From assembly GCA_964658305.1 (NCBI GenBank), contig OZ210885.1, forward strand, positions 19,902,001 to 19,966,000: 64,000 nt of DNA. Reading direction: 5' to 3'. Below the pieces are notes generated by a model. That model was not told the origin of the DNA. It was given only the letters and a program-made list of their open reading frames with translations, and made no database searches. Below, in pieces: positions 1 through 10,233 of the stretch. This DNA comes from Leptogorgia sarmentosa (Eukaryota). The position numbers were made by a program, and so were the translations under genes. The stretch's first letter is position 1. Every line of letters begins with the position of its first letter.

Positions 1-1300
1 TCAGATTCGTCATTGGTATCTGGTTCTGGACAGACATAATCATCACCACTATCTGAACACTCATCACTACTACTTGAACTGTATTCCATTTCCACATCTG
101 TGAACTGTTCAGATTCAGAGTTAGAAGTAGTACTGGTTTCAGGAGTGACTGGGAGAATAACTGGTGTTGTAGGGGGAGTGGCAATGGGACTTTTAGTGAT
201 CTCTTGAGCAGGTGTCATAACCTTCGGTTTAGTGGATTTCTTTTTCCGAGGGGCAAGCGTTTGTACTCCAATAGTCCTCTGCATTGGCTTATCGCACTGA
301 CTATCCGCATCAACCAAGACTATCTGATCACACTGTGTTTCTGCATCCTGAAGTGAAATTCCTGCAGGTTCATGTTCAAGCATATATCAGTGACATCTTC
401 ATGTTCTGCATGATTCAGCAAGGTTTCTACCTCCTGTAAAACAGCTTAATTTATGAATTGTGAGTAGTAGACTATCTGTGTGATATGCTCATATCTACTA
501 ATGAGCCAGCCACCCTGCCTAACCAAAACTGGAAATTGTTTACCGTCAACTAGAATTAACTGAAAATACATTAAAAATTTGAGTACTACTATAAAGAGAT
601 TGGTATACAAATTACAACAGATATCTAGCGGAACAGTCAAATATATTTTTCAAGTACCTCAACTCTTCTAATTTTCTCTCTGATTATTTCTCTCCTCTGC
701 GAGAATATCCGCTCTGGTTTTCGATGTACAAATGGAAATATAGAGGGTACACTTCCAGCTTTTAATGTTTTTTTCGTTTTAAGACCAAACATCTCTTTAA
801 GAGAGCCGTCAAAACATTCGGAGGCGAAATGCGCGCTACAAACATAGCATGAATTTGCTTTTGGCAGGTTCTCACGACGAATCTTTATGAGCCATGTTTT
901 CCGCATCTGCTGGTCGTTTGGCAAACGATGGTAAGATATATTGCTTCCCTTTGTCTTCTTTGAGCAATTCGTGCAACCGGGTACCATGCAATACGGCATT
1001 ATTTTTAACTTTTATTTGAAAATCGCGTGTAAGATGTCGCTGTATTTAGCTTTGTTTTGTTATTTGAATATGAAGCGCTTCGCGCGATACCGCGCAGTGA
1101 CATCACAAGGTAAAACCGCTGTTTGATCGCATGCTCGCTCGCATGTATTCATGGCCGCCGCGAAATATGGAAAAGTTCACTTTTTTATTTCTCTGTTTCT
1201 CAAGTTGTATTTACTATGGGGACCTAAGATTTGGTACGGACGATAAGAAGTTTACTATCTTTCATTTGAACCTAAATTGTTCCGAACAATGACTTCCCCT
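1..1300 (-). mobile_element. Kolobok-type DNA transposon, 5' end (runs off the left edge of the window)
   Basis: The minus-strand terminus reads TTAA|AGGGGAAGTC (TTAA at 1301-1304, RR start). A THAP-domain ORF follows it, as is typical of Kolobok transposases. The other end is not in the window. Confidence 0.6.
637..999 (-). CDS. THAP zinc-finger exon, N-terminus of a transposase; probably splices to a Ser/Asp-rich exon at about 1-434
   Basis: C2CH THAP signature: MPYCMVPGC...YHRLP...W...VCSAHF...SVPSIF. Confidence 0.85.
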   Translation of the reverse strand: MPYCMVPGCTNCSKKTKGSNISYHRLPNDQQMRKTWLIKIRRENLPKANSCYVCSAHFASECFDGSLKEMFGLKTKKTLKAGSVPSIFPFVHRKPERIFSQRREIIREKIRRVEVLEKYI

Positions 1301-1467
1301 TTAAGGTAAAATAAAAAATTATCATCCGTTGATGTTTTTTTTTAAATTTCCCATCCCCATCCCTTCGCTATTAGTTCATCAAAAGAACCAAATGTTTTCA
1401 TAGTGCATTTTCTACAGTATCACCGGTATTGATATCCCTATCATTTTGTACTGTTCCACATTCCTAG

Positions 1468-3271
1468 ATATGATATGACAAAGCCTGAAAACTTCTACTG
1501 GGCAGATGACATAAAGAGGACACTAGATGACATCAGAGCATGCTGCCTAAAGCACCAATTTTCTTGTGAACGCCCTCCTTTAGTTAATATTCCCTTGGAC
1601 AACTTGGTGTTAGATGAGCTCCATTTGATGTTACGGATAACAGGTACTATATATTGTATAGTTATAGGCAGTTCATTGTTTGATGAACAGTATTTCTAAT
1701 ATTAGAGGGCAACTTAGAAGAAGCACCCTAATAAAGGATAGTTCAACTGTAATAGAGAGTATAATAATATATATTTTCTATTAGACAAACTAATTGGAAA
1801 TTTGGTTGATGAGGCGTTACAACGAGACAAAAGAGAAAATCTGAGAAAACGTCCATCTGACCAACAACAATTACATCTCGAAAACCTTGTGAAAGTAATT
1901 TGCAGTTGTGGCGTTTCCTTCTCAGTTTGGGAAAAGCGAGATGCTGATGGAAAAGGAAGCAATTCATACGATTTCACCAGTATGATGGGAACAGAGAAGA
2001 AAATCCTTCTGGGTAATCTTCCAGCAAAGTTAGATGGCATACTCAGTCCAGCAACGAGTGCTACAGTGATAACCATTTGGAAGGTACTTGGTCACTAGAT
2101 CCCTAATATCTATGTCTTAGCACAATATAGTGTGTCATGTTTGAACAACTATGATGGGTCTCAGTGGTACTTAATAATTATGTTGTGCAAGCATAAACCA
2201 CTATTTATATTACTGTAAAATATGCAATAGGTGAGTATATAATATATTAATTGTATAACGAGGGCTATTTCAATTGATATTTGACAGGATTTCAACCATA
2301 TTTATAAAGACTATATCCAGAAAGAAGCTCTTTCAGAGGCTGAAGTTGATGCATATTTCAGCAAGGTACAGCATTGGGATATACTACGAATCTGGGACAA
2401 TGGACACAATAGTGTCAAAACACAATAGTAATGTATAGTAAATAAGTCCTGAAACATTAGGATATACTAATATTGGGTAATTCCAGTAAAGATCCACACT
2501 CCCTTGCAGAGGAAATTTCTGCAGTCCAGAGGAAGAGGGGTGTATTGTACTTATGATAATAGTAAGATGTATTTGGATGTCCAGTTAGACTGACTTCTAA
2601 TTTCCTCCATGGAGAAGTGTAGATGTCTTCTAGAATACCCCCACTTTACATGCATGTAACTCTACCATATACATTTCATTGTAGGTTACAGCCTGGATAT
2701 CTCTGTTCCTATCTCTAGGTGAATCAGCTCTAGCAGGCTATGGCAAAGCAAATGTTACACCATATATGCATGCCATGGTGTATCATGTGCCTCACTTTAT
2801 GAGAATTCATAAAGGAATACGCAACTTTTCCGGGCAAGGTAATACCTGTATTATTTTACATTCATCTGTAATTGTGATGTAATAATAGCCATATTTAGTT
2901 GCCTTTTACAAATTATTGCAGGTGTTGAAAAATTAAATGATGACTGCAGGCGCATTCATTTACAAAAGTCGAACAAATGGGATGCGTGTAAAGATGTGTT
3001 GCTGGCTGAAAAAAGGCTAGGGTATTTAAGTGATGTACGTAGAACACCAAGGCGATATGAGAAGAAATCGGATGATTACTGGTCAAAAGGAATACGGGAA
3101 AGTCGTAGCAAGCGCCCTCGATTGTCTAACGAGACTAGTGAAAATGAGGACACCCTCTTGACTCTTACCCCAGACGAATTACGTTCACGTCTGAAAGATC
3201 TTGGCATCAAAACGAAAGTAAAAAATGTTACAAGACTGCTCGACATGTACCGTATTGCATTACAGCAATAA
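1468..3271 (+). CDS. RAG1-core/Transib-like DDE transposase, C-terminal five exons (copy 1); upstream part cut off by the Kolobok insertion
   Basis: Exons 1468-1643, 1785-2083, 2288-2365, 2685-2838 and 2922-3271 have GT-AG boundaries and splice in frame. Motifs: VLDELHLMLRITD (RAG1 DALH), VTPYMHAMVYHVP (RAG1 YFHKTLAHVP zinc ligands), FSGQGVEKLND (RAG1 SEGNESGN, catalytic E). Confidence 0.75.
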
Positions 3272-3294
3272 CTTTTATTGTACATATTGTTAAC

Positions 3295-4202
3295 CTAGGT
3301 ACTATTTACATTATTAATATTACAGGCTCTCTTTACAAACACGATTACAATTTTTTCAATAGGCATTCTTTCTCCTTTGACCAATTTCCCATTTTTTTCA
3401 ACAAACTTTGACGGTGTCCATGACAAAACTGGTTTGGCCTTAATGGGAAAATCTATGGCCATGCCTTCACCATGTGCATTAAGGGTATAAAACCAGTCGT
3501 TCGGTAAGCCCACAAAATGCCCAAATTCATTTTTTTCGTATAATTTGTAGCCTTTGTGCTCGCATTCTTCCCCCTTATTGTGGGTTATATACCTCCACAC
3601 ATCTAACTCCATATGGACATAAATTGGTGCATAGGATTTTGATTTTAGGCCTAACCCTAACCCTGATCCCGGCAAGCTCTTTCTAGCCTAGGTTCGTCAG
3701 GTTTGTATGGGTGATCATAACTCCTAAACATAAAATATGTCCAATATTGATTCTCAGCCACATGTCTAGAGCAGCAAGTGGAAATAAAATGTAAAATGTT
3801 ACATTGCCTATATATACCTTAAAAGAGCCGGGGTTAAATTTTCTGATGGCTCCCACGAGCAACTACGGAATGGCCATCCCTTCCACTTAATAAGATATTC
3901 ATAATTCTGGAAAAGATAATCAAACCTAAGATCAATTTTTGTGGCGCAAATATCCGTACAATCAGTATAATACATGTATGTTATACTACACTGGCAGTGT
4001 CTGGCACCGACCGTAACTCGAGATTATATTACATACAATCAAGTAAATAACTTACTTTCGATCTTTTCCTTCGCGCAATGACCCTTTCAGCATCGTAAAA
4101 TTCTGATTTTCTTCCTTTGCTCGCCGTGTCGTATAAAATCGTCGACGAAAACAAGTGCAATTGCCTATAGTCAATATCTTTACGGCTTCTAGTTTCGGCC
4201 AT
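3295..4202 (-). pseudogene. Three-exon chromodomain protein with an uncharacterised C-terminal domain, convergent with the RAG1-like gene; one frameshift near 3660
   Basis: ATG at 4202 in aaaATGGCC context. Exons 4202-4056, 3906-3818 and 3723-3295 splice in phase and give EFYDAERVIARRKRSK/NYEYLIKWKGWPFRSCSWEPSENLTPALLR, a canonical chromodomain. It is followed by ...LNAHGEGMAIDFPIKAKPVLSW.... Confidence 0.75.
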
Positions 4203-4665
4203 TTTGTTTTGCTATTATCATACTGATTCACAGTGGGAAAGTCGTGCGCTATCAAATTATCTTGAAGAAAACCGCTGAGCAAGACAGGCGCATGTCTCGC
4301 ATTTCTGGCCATGAGCTGTCTCGCGGAAAGCCATTTTCCTGCAGTTTCCATTCATGACATGACATCGTTATTCATCAATCTGAAGAAAAAATTAAGAAGT
4401 GCAAGTTAGCGGCAACTTAACGTTTTTTAATACAGTACTATACCAATAATCTGGTATAAGGTCAGGTCATTTCGAAATTATACTTTGTATTCCTTTTTTG
4501 CTAAAGGAGGACAGCTAGTCATTGGAGATCCTTCTCTCAATGCTGGTATAAAAATTATATACATGCATGTCAATCTGTTTCTAACCTGATATATAATGAT
4601 AAATATTTTAAGGGCTGCCTGCCATTACTTGAGTATTCGATATAAACAAATATATGTATATATAT

Positions 4666-5337
4666 TTAACAGTTATTCTGTGAACTTGAGTCGTATATGC
4701 GCGTAGCGCCTCGTCGACTATCAGTCATATACGACGAGAGTGAGCAGAATAACTGTTTTATTATGTACACAAGCACTGGACAGAAAAAACTTCCAAATTT
4801 ATTTGTATTTTATTAATAACTGAATATAATTTCAAAGTGTTTCTATCGCTTTGAAATCGTCATTTACAAAAACAGTTTTACTTGATAAATACATGCCAAA
4901 AAGCACGGTAAAAACAACAGTTATACGGAATTAAAATAGTCGATGTTACGTTTATACTATAGCTAGTTTTAAATTTCAGCAGTTTTCATCTGTATTTTTC
5001 TGCATTTGAAAGTACAACACAAATTTTACCGTTGTACAATGTCAACAAACAGCAACAAGCGATCCAACTCAATCAAGCGATGAATTTTACAGTGTCAAGT
5101 CCGGTTTTCCAGATTCAAAACTGCACAATTAACATTTACATACTAAACTTCTTGAATTTTATTCTTTTAATTGATCGCAAAGACGTTTTTAACTGTTGAA
5201 AACTTCAATTCCGGCTTCGCTCTTTCAGTCATTTTGTTGGTTTTTCTCTACTAGCAGGATATGAACTAATATCCTGCTAGTAGAGAACCAATCAGATTGC
5301 AGAATAGCTCATATCCAGCGCTTGTGTATATAATAAA
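4666..5337. mobile_element. Non-autonomous Crypton-like element
   Basis: Starts with a long imperfect palindrome (ttaacagttattctg...cagaataactgtttta) and ends with the hairpin ctctactagcaggatat/atatcctgctagtagag plus ccaatcaga. An internal remnant reads FQIQNCTINIY, resembling Crypton protein C-termini. TA-rich flanks, no TSD. Confidence 0.45.
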
Positions 5338-5414
5338 TATATATATATGCAGTGTATTAAATAATTCAGCAATACAAATACAGTAGACTACTATAATTCA
5401 TAAACACATGCACA

Positions 5415-6932
5415 CCTGTTCATAATGTTCTTTGTGTTATCTCCAACAGATGAGCCGCCAACTTTGGAAAGTCTCGATGTCTACAATTAAAGCAACATCA
5501 CTGATGTTAGTTTTTATACCGAACACCAAACATAATTGACCCACATACAAATATTAAAAAAAACAACTAACCATAAGCTTTCTTGTTTATTCATTGCTTA
5601 AACTTCTCTCAATTTCATTCAGTTCCTCCAGCGTGTTTGCCTTTTCAAGGTGAAAATCTGAATTATCTGGTTCACACCTTTTTCCAACCTGCTTGAGGCT
5701 ATCCCGAATTTCCATAAGCAGATGGAGAACTCATCTTTGGAGCCCTACAGTGAAGAAAAAGAATTTTTTACTTTAACAGAAAAATGCACAAAGAAGCTAC
5801 TACTCAATATATCTCTATATACTAATATATATATAATTAACAATTATTGGATGAGGTTTTTGTGATATTAGGAATTATCAAGGTCGAGGTAAGCGTTATC
5901 AGCGAGCCAAAGGCGAGGCTGAGAACGCTTACCGAGACCTTGATAATTCTGCATATCACAAAAACCGAATTCAATAATTGTTTTATTATACATTTGAAGA
6001 ATAATTAACGCATTAAAAACTTTATTTATGAAAACATAGGCTCATTTTGTACCTAATTAGTTATCTGCTAGCAGATAACTGGATTTGATGTGGGTTGCGT
6101 GATTGCGCGATTTAACTGTATGTTCTTAGCCAATCAGATTGCTTTTACCATCTACAATGTATAATAACGTTTGTTATTGTACAGAAAATATAATTTGCAC
6201 TTACGCTCTTCAGGCATTGGGAATCTATTGGATGAGCATACTGTTTTCTCGCCGTTTTTTCGTCCAGCCACTTTGGGTTCCCCAGACTGCTCTGCTCTTC
6301 TTGTGTCTCTACAATTGTTGCTGGATAAGCATTCCAATAATGTTTCGGTAAACCCTCGAGTGTCCTTTTCAATATCTTGTTCCGTCCGTTCGTTGTTGGA
6401 AACCCGTATTGACAAGGAAGACCAGCTTGGTGGTGTTGGAGGGCTGGGAGTTCTTATTCGTCGGAATCTTCTACGTTGTGGTGACATACATTGCAGGTCA
6501 GGTTAACAACGTCGATTCAACGTCGAAATGAGGGCATTTTGTCGACGTCGATATCCGGCCAGGTTAACGACGTCGATTCAACGTCGAAATGAGGTCATTT
6601 TGTCGACGTCGTATGAAACGGGCATATTTATATTTCGTGTTCTGCCAGTCGGATTTCTTTTGAAATCAGGTGTTTTTAAAATTATTTTTCAAGGAAATCA
6701 GTTCACTTCGCGTCGGCTCTGTTCACTGTGCAATCTCTCTCAGAGAACGATGATATATCATTCGTTCATCGCAGCCCACTCTAAAATATCCGGTCAGGTT
6801 AACGACGTCGATTCAACGTCGAAATGAGGTCATTTTGTCGACGTCGATTCAACATCGATATATAGTCGATCGACGTCGCGACCAAATATCAACCTAAATT
6901 TGACGTCGAAACGACGTCGTGTGTTTGCTGGG
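5415..6932 (-). mobile_element. EnSpm/CACTA (CMC) remnant: one terminus, subterminal repeats and a spliced accessory gene (DUF4806-like)
   Basis: Terminus gtgtttgctggg (CCCAGCAAACAC on minus) ends at 6932. Repeated acgtcgattcaacgtcg motifs lie at 6497-6920. Minus-strand exon remnants read TLEELNEIERSL and LSKVGGSSVGDNTKNIMNR. Confidence 0.55.
5838..6140. repeat. Crypton-like palindromic element fragment inside an intron of the EnSpm remnant
   Basis: A ~150-bp hairpin (aattattggatgaggtttttgtgatat...atatcacaaaaaccgaattcaataatt) is centred on gccaaaggc, with ccaatcagatt downstream. Confidence 0.45.
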
Positions 6933-7509
6933 TAGGTATGGACACAAAATGCACAATGATATTAAAATGTCAAAATTGTATTGAAGTTATATCCATGAAA
7001 TTACAAGTACTGTAAATGTTAAAATACAGTACACAAACCAAATGTTTAGTCAGTTGTTTATTATTCAAACACACATCCATCCCCTACACTTGAGTTGGCA
7101 TGGCTGTCAAAATGATTGTACAGCCCTTCTAAGAGAAACACTTGATAGCAGGTATTTATTATAGGCTACAGCAAATTTGTTTTGGACACTCACTTTACAT
7201 ATATATCCGTACTCATGCATGTACTTGCATTATTATTATATGAAAGAATTTGTAGACTCTGTTTGGCTAGCCCCCATGTTTCAAATTTATGGTCGCATCA
7301 TATGAGCCTTTTCATCTATGTTATGACAACTCCTGATGAAGCAGGAATGTAAAACAACACAAATGGCTTCCTCAAATATGTGCGAAAACCTAAATTCTTC
7401 CATTGTTTCAAATAATAATAAAACTCAGTTTGTCATTCTCAACTTCATTATTATAAATTGGATTATTGCATGTGGAAATGCCTTCAAAGTGTTTTTGCTA
7501 CAACAGTAT

Positions 7510-8744
7510 CAGGGGCGGATCCAGACTGATGCAACAGATGCTTGAGCAACAGTCAAATTCTGACTGAAAAGCTTTAATTCGAATATATTAAATTTTTAGT
7601 CACTTCGTCACAACATCGACAAACAAGAATGAACGTGACAAAATAAAGTCTAATATTGTTTTGTGGTCATTCGAAGCGATACATTACGCATTATCTTCGC
7701 TCAATTTAAAGCTTCAATGCCCTTTATGTGAATTACTTGAAGTACCCTCAGAAAAACACTCCATTATGCGCGCCCACAGGCCTTAGCGCTCACTGAGCGT
7801 GCTATACTTGTCGAATGATGCATGCTGATGCGGGAACCGTTCACTTGCAACAGTGAATTCAAACTGACTGATGCAAGCCAATGAGAAGAGACTTCTGACT
7901 GATGCAAGCCAATGACTTTTCTTCAAAATACGCAATGCTATTGGCTTGCATCAGTCGACTGATGCAAACCAATAGCATTGCGTCTTGCATGAAATTTGTC
8001 GGAATATAATCCCACAGATTAATCACTAACCTGTGATAATACTATAGTCTAACTAAACTATACTATACTATACTGTCTGAGCGTCGAAGAAAGTTGATCT
8101 CGCCAGCCTGTGAGGTAGTGTGTATATCCAAAATATATCATTTTAGGTTTCGATTTCATTGAATATTGTTATATTTCACTGGTTAACTCAGGTTAAGTCG
8201 TGTGTAGATATTAGCATATAATTATTATGCATGCGATATAATAATATTCGTAAAGGATTTGCAATATTGGCGCGTCAATAGTGGTGGTTTATATTAACCT
8301 TCGATCAGAGATATTCAAAAATATCTGCACAATAGTATCGTGATTGAGTGATTCTACTTATTTAGGCAAGATATTTTTGTTTGGTCATGGTTATAGGAAC
8401 GTATTAATCGGGCAAGCTGCCTATAAATGCGAAGCCACGGCGTGGGAAATATAACATTGTTCACATGCTATAGTATTTGTAACGTGAAGTGTTTCGACCT
8501 ATATAGCGTCATCCTATTGTTGACATGAAATTGTATCCACATTATTTTTTTCGCTAAATGCGCCTCTATTTTACTCAGTTTGAAAATGCAAATTTTTGCA
8601 CTAAAGGTTTGCTCAGAACGCAGGAAATGGCATTTGCGAGGTCCACATTTCAAAAATTTTCCGGGGGGGATGCCCCCGGACCCCCCTAAATTGGTGAAGG
8701 TCTTCTCCGAGCATCAGTCAAGATATTGGCTAGATCCGCCCCTG
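7510..8744. mobile_element. Non-autonomous hAT-type element with a 5-bp TSD (hAT5-like)
   Basis: TIRs caggggcggatccag and ctagatccgcccctg. AGTAT flanks both sides (7505-7509, 8745-8749). Internal gactgatgcaagccaat repeats. No ORF. Confidence 0.75.
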
Positions 8745-8762
8745 AGTATACAACCTATAAAC

Positions 8763-8881
8763 TTACAAGTTCTCCATATCAAGTGATAAACACTCGAAGC
8801 ATCTACAATCATTTTCAGAAACATTACAACAAACATGCAATGGCTTTATCAAAATATCCTGTTCATAGTCCATTGACTTTA
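8763..8881 (-). pseudogene. C-terminal Zn-binding end of the RecQ-type helicase, separated from the rest by the Zator-like insertion
   Basis: Removing 8882-14092 restores the frame: CLRKLML-KSMDYEQDILIKPLHVCCNVSENDCRCFECLSLDMENL*. Confidence 0.8.
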
Positions 8882-9722
8882 TGCACTAGTCAATTGAAAG
8901 CCCGGCCCCCCGACCCCCGGGGATGGGCTGGGATTTTAACATTTGACAGGTGGTAAAACCTCGGCCCAAAAATATTGCTCAATTGTTAAATTTCCCGGCT
9001 ACCAGGTGAAATTTTTCAAATTTCGCCAACATTTCACTAAGCTATAACTGAGTAATCCATGGAACGAAGCAACAACATGTACATTTATTCAGCTTTTAAA
9101 TACTGAACAGGAAAATAAATAAACAAGCTGTAAATAGACAAAGCTAGAAAAAATCACATATATATGTATACTTCGCGCAATTGTTCAGTTTAATATCTGT
9201 GCTTCTCAAATTATCAATAATTCATGAGGAATGTTGTATTTGGAAAATCACGACAAAATACAACGAAAATAGGGACTTTCTCGCCAAATATTGATTCGTT
9301 TGAGAAACTATTAAAGTAAAACACTCGTAGGTGTTCTTGAAGTGATTTCAACGAACAGATGGTTAATAGAAAATAGCTGCGCCTCCTACTTCCAACTTGC
9401 TGATCAAGATGGTCAGTGTAAACGGAGCTTGAGGAATGTGATTTTTTAAACTCCAACATTACGGAAAAGATGGCGGCACGTACATTTTACCAGAATGCAT
9501 TGCAAGCATTAAGAGTAAATAACTGAATATAGGTTACACGAAATCAGCTTGATGCTAAATTTTAGCACAACGAAGAAATTAACGTCCTGCCTTATGCTTG
9601 TCCTTCAAAAGATGTGTACTAGCTTTTTTAACCGATTTCAGACCGCAAAGCATTCTGGAAAATGTACATCCGCTATGTTTTCCGTGATAGTGAAATTATT
9701 ATAAGTATAAAACTACAACAGT

Positions 9723-10190
9723 TTATTTCTTCTTTCGCTGCAACTTGCAGTTTGGACAAAGCCAAGTACCCTTTGGTGGATTTTTAAGACCCACACATTT
9801 TATATGGAACCACCGAACATCACATTCATCGTTGTCGCACTGCAGCATCAGGCCAAACTCATGTTGTTTGCAGAGACAGAACAGATCAGTTTTGACTATA
9901 AAATTCAAGAACAGATAATCAACAATCAAATTCCATACCTTTCAGGTTAAACCTAGGTTACTGTACTATAAATATTATTTGGGAAAATCAGATAAAATAG
10001 ATTGCATATTAAAATAAAATGTAAGAATATATAATTGAATAATTTTAATTAATTTTAAACCTCACCTTGGCAATCGGGGCAAAACCAGGTGAAAACAGGG
10101 CTGTACTTCAATCCAAGACACCCTATATGGAACCACTTTATTGTACAATGTTTTCCTTCTGAAAAAGAAGCATGGAATACGTCACCAGAA
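9723..10190 (-). pseudogene. Two ING-like PHD-finger exons at the 3' end of the Zator-like transposase gene
   Basis: The exon ending at 10066 reads HCTIKWFHIGCLGLKYSPVFTWFCPDCQ (partly decayed). It has a phase-1 splice to exon 9895-9723, LFCLCKQHEFGLMLQCDNDECDVRWFHIKCVGLKNPPKGTWLCPNC (C4HC3). Confidence 0.75.
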
Positions 10191-10233
10191 ACTAACGACT
10201 ATCTGCTGTTTTTAGAAAAGAATAAATATCCGA

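Noticed and set aside
3295..4202. Partner gene as a RAG2 homologue
   Set aside because: It has no kelch repeats or PHD finger and is far too short. Only the arrangement is analogous.
4229..4260. CACAGTG heptamer as an RSS-like TIR of the RAG1-like element
   Set aside because: It points the wrong way for a right end, has no nonamer at 12 or 23 bp, sits only 27 bp from the partner ATG and has no matching partner end. The element termini remain undefined.
4052..4351. 99-aa ORF from the track as a real protein
   Set aside because: The chromodomain-compatible exon lies in another frame (ATG at 4202).
6497..6920. Repeat-spacer pattern of acgtcgattcaacgtcg
   Set aside because: Explained as subterminal repeats next to an EnSpm-type CCCAGCAAACAC terminus.
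9723..9929. Host ING-family gene
   Set aside because: There is no ING N-terminal domain and it lies inside TIR-bounded DNA, downstream of a transposase.
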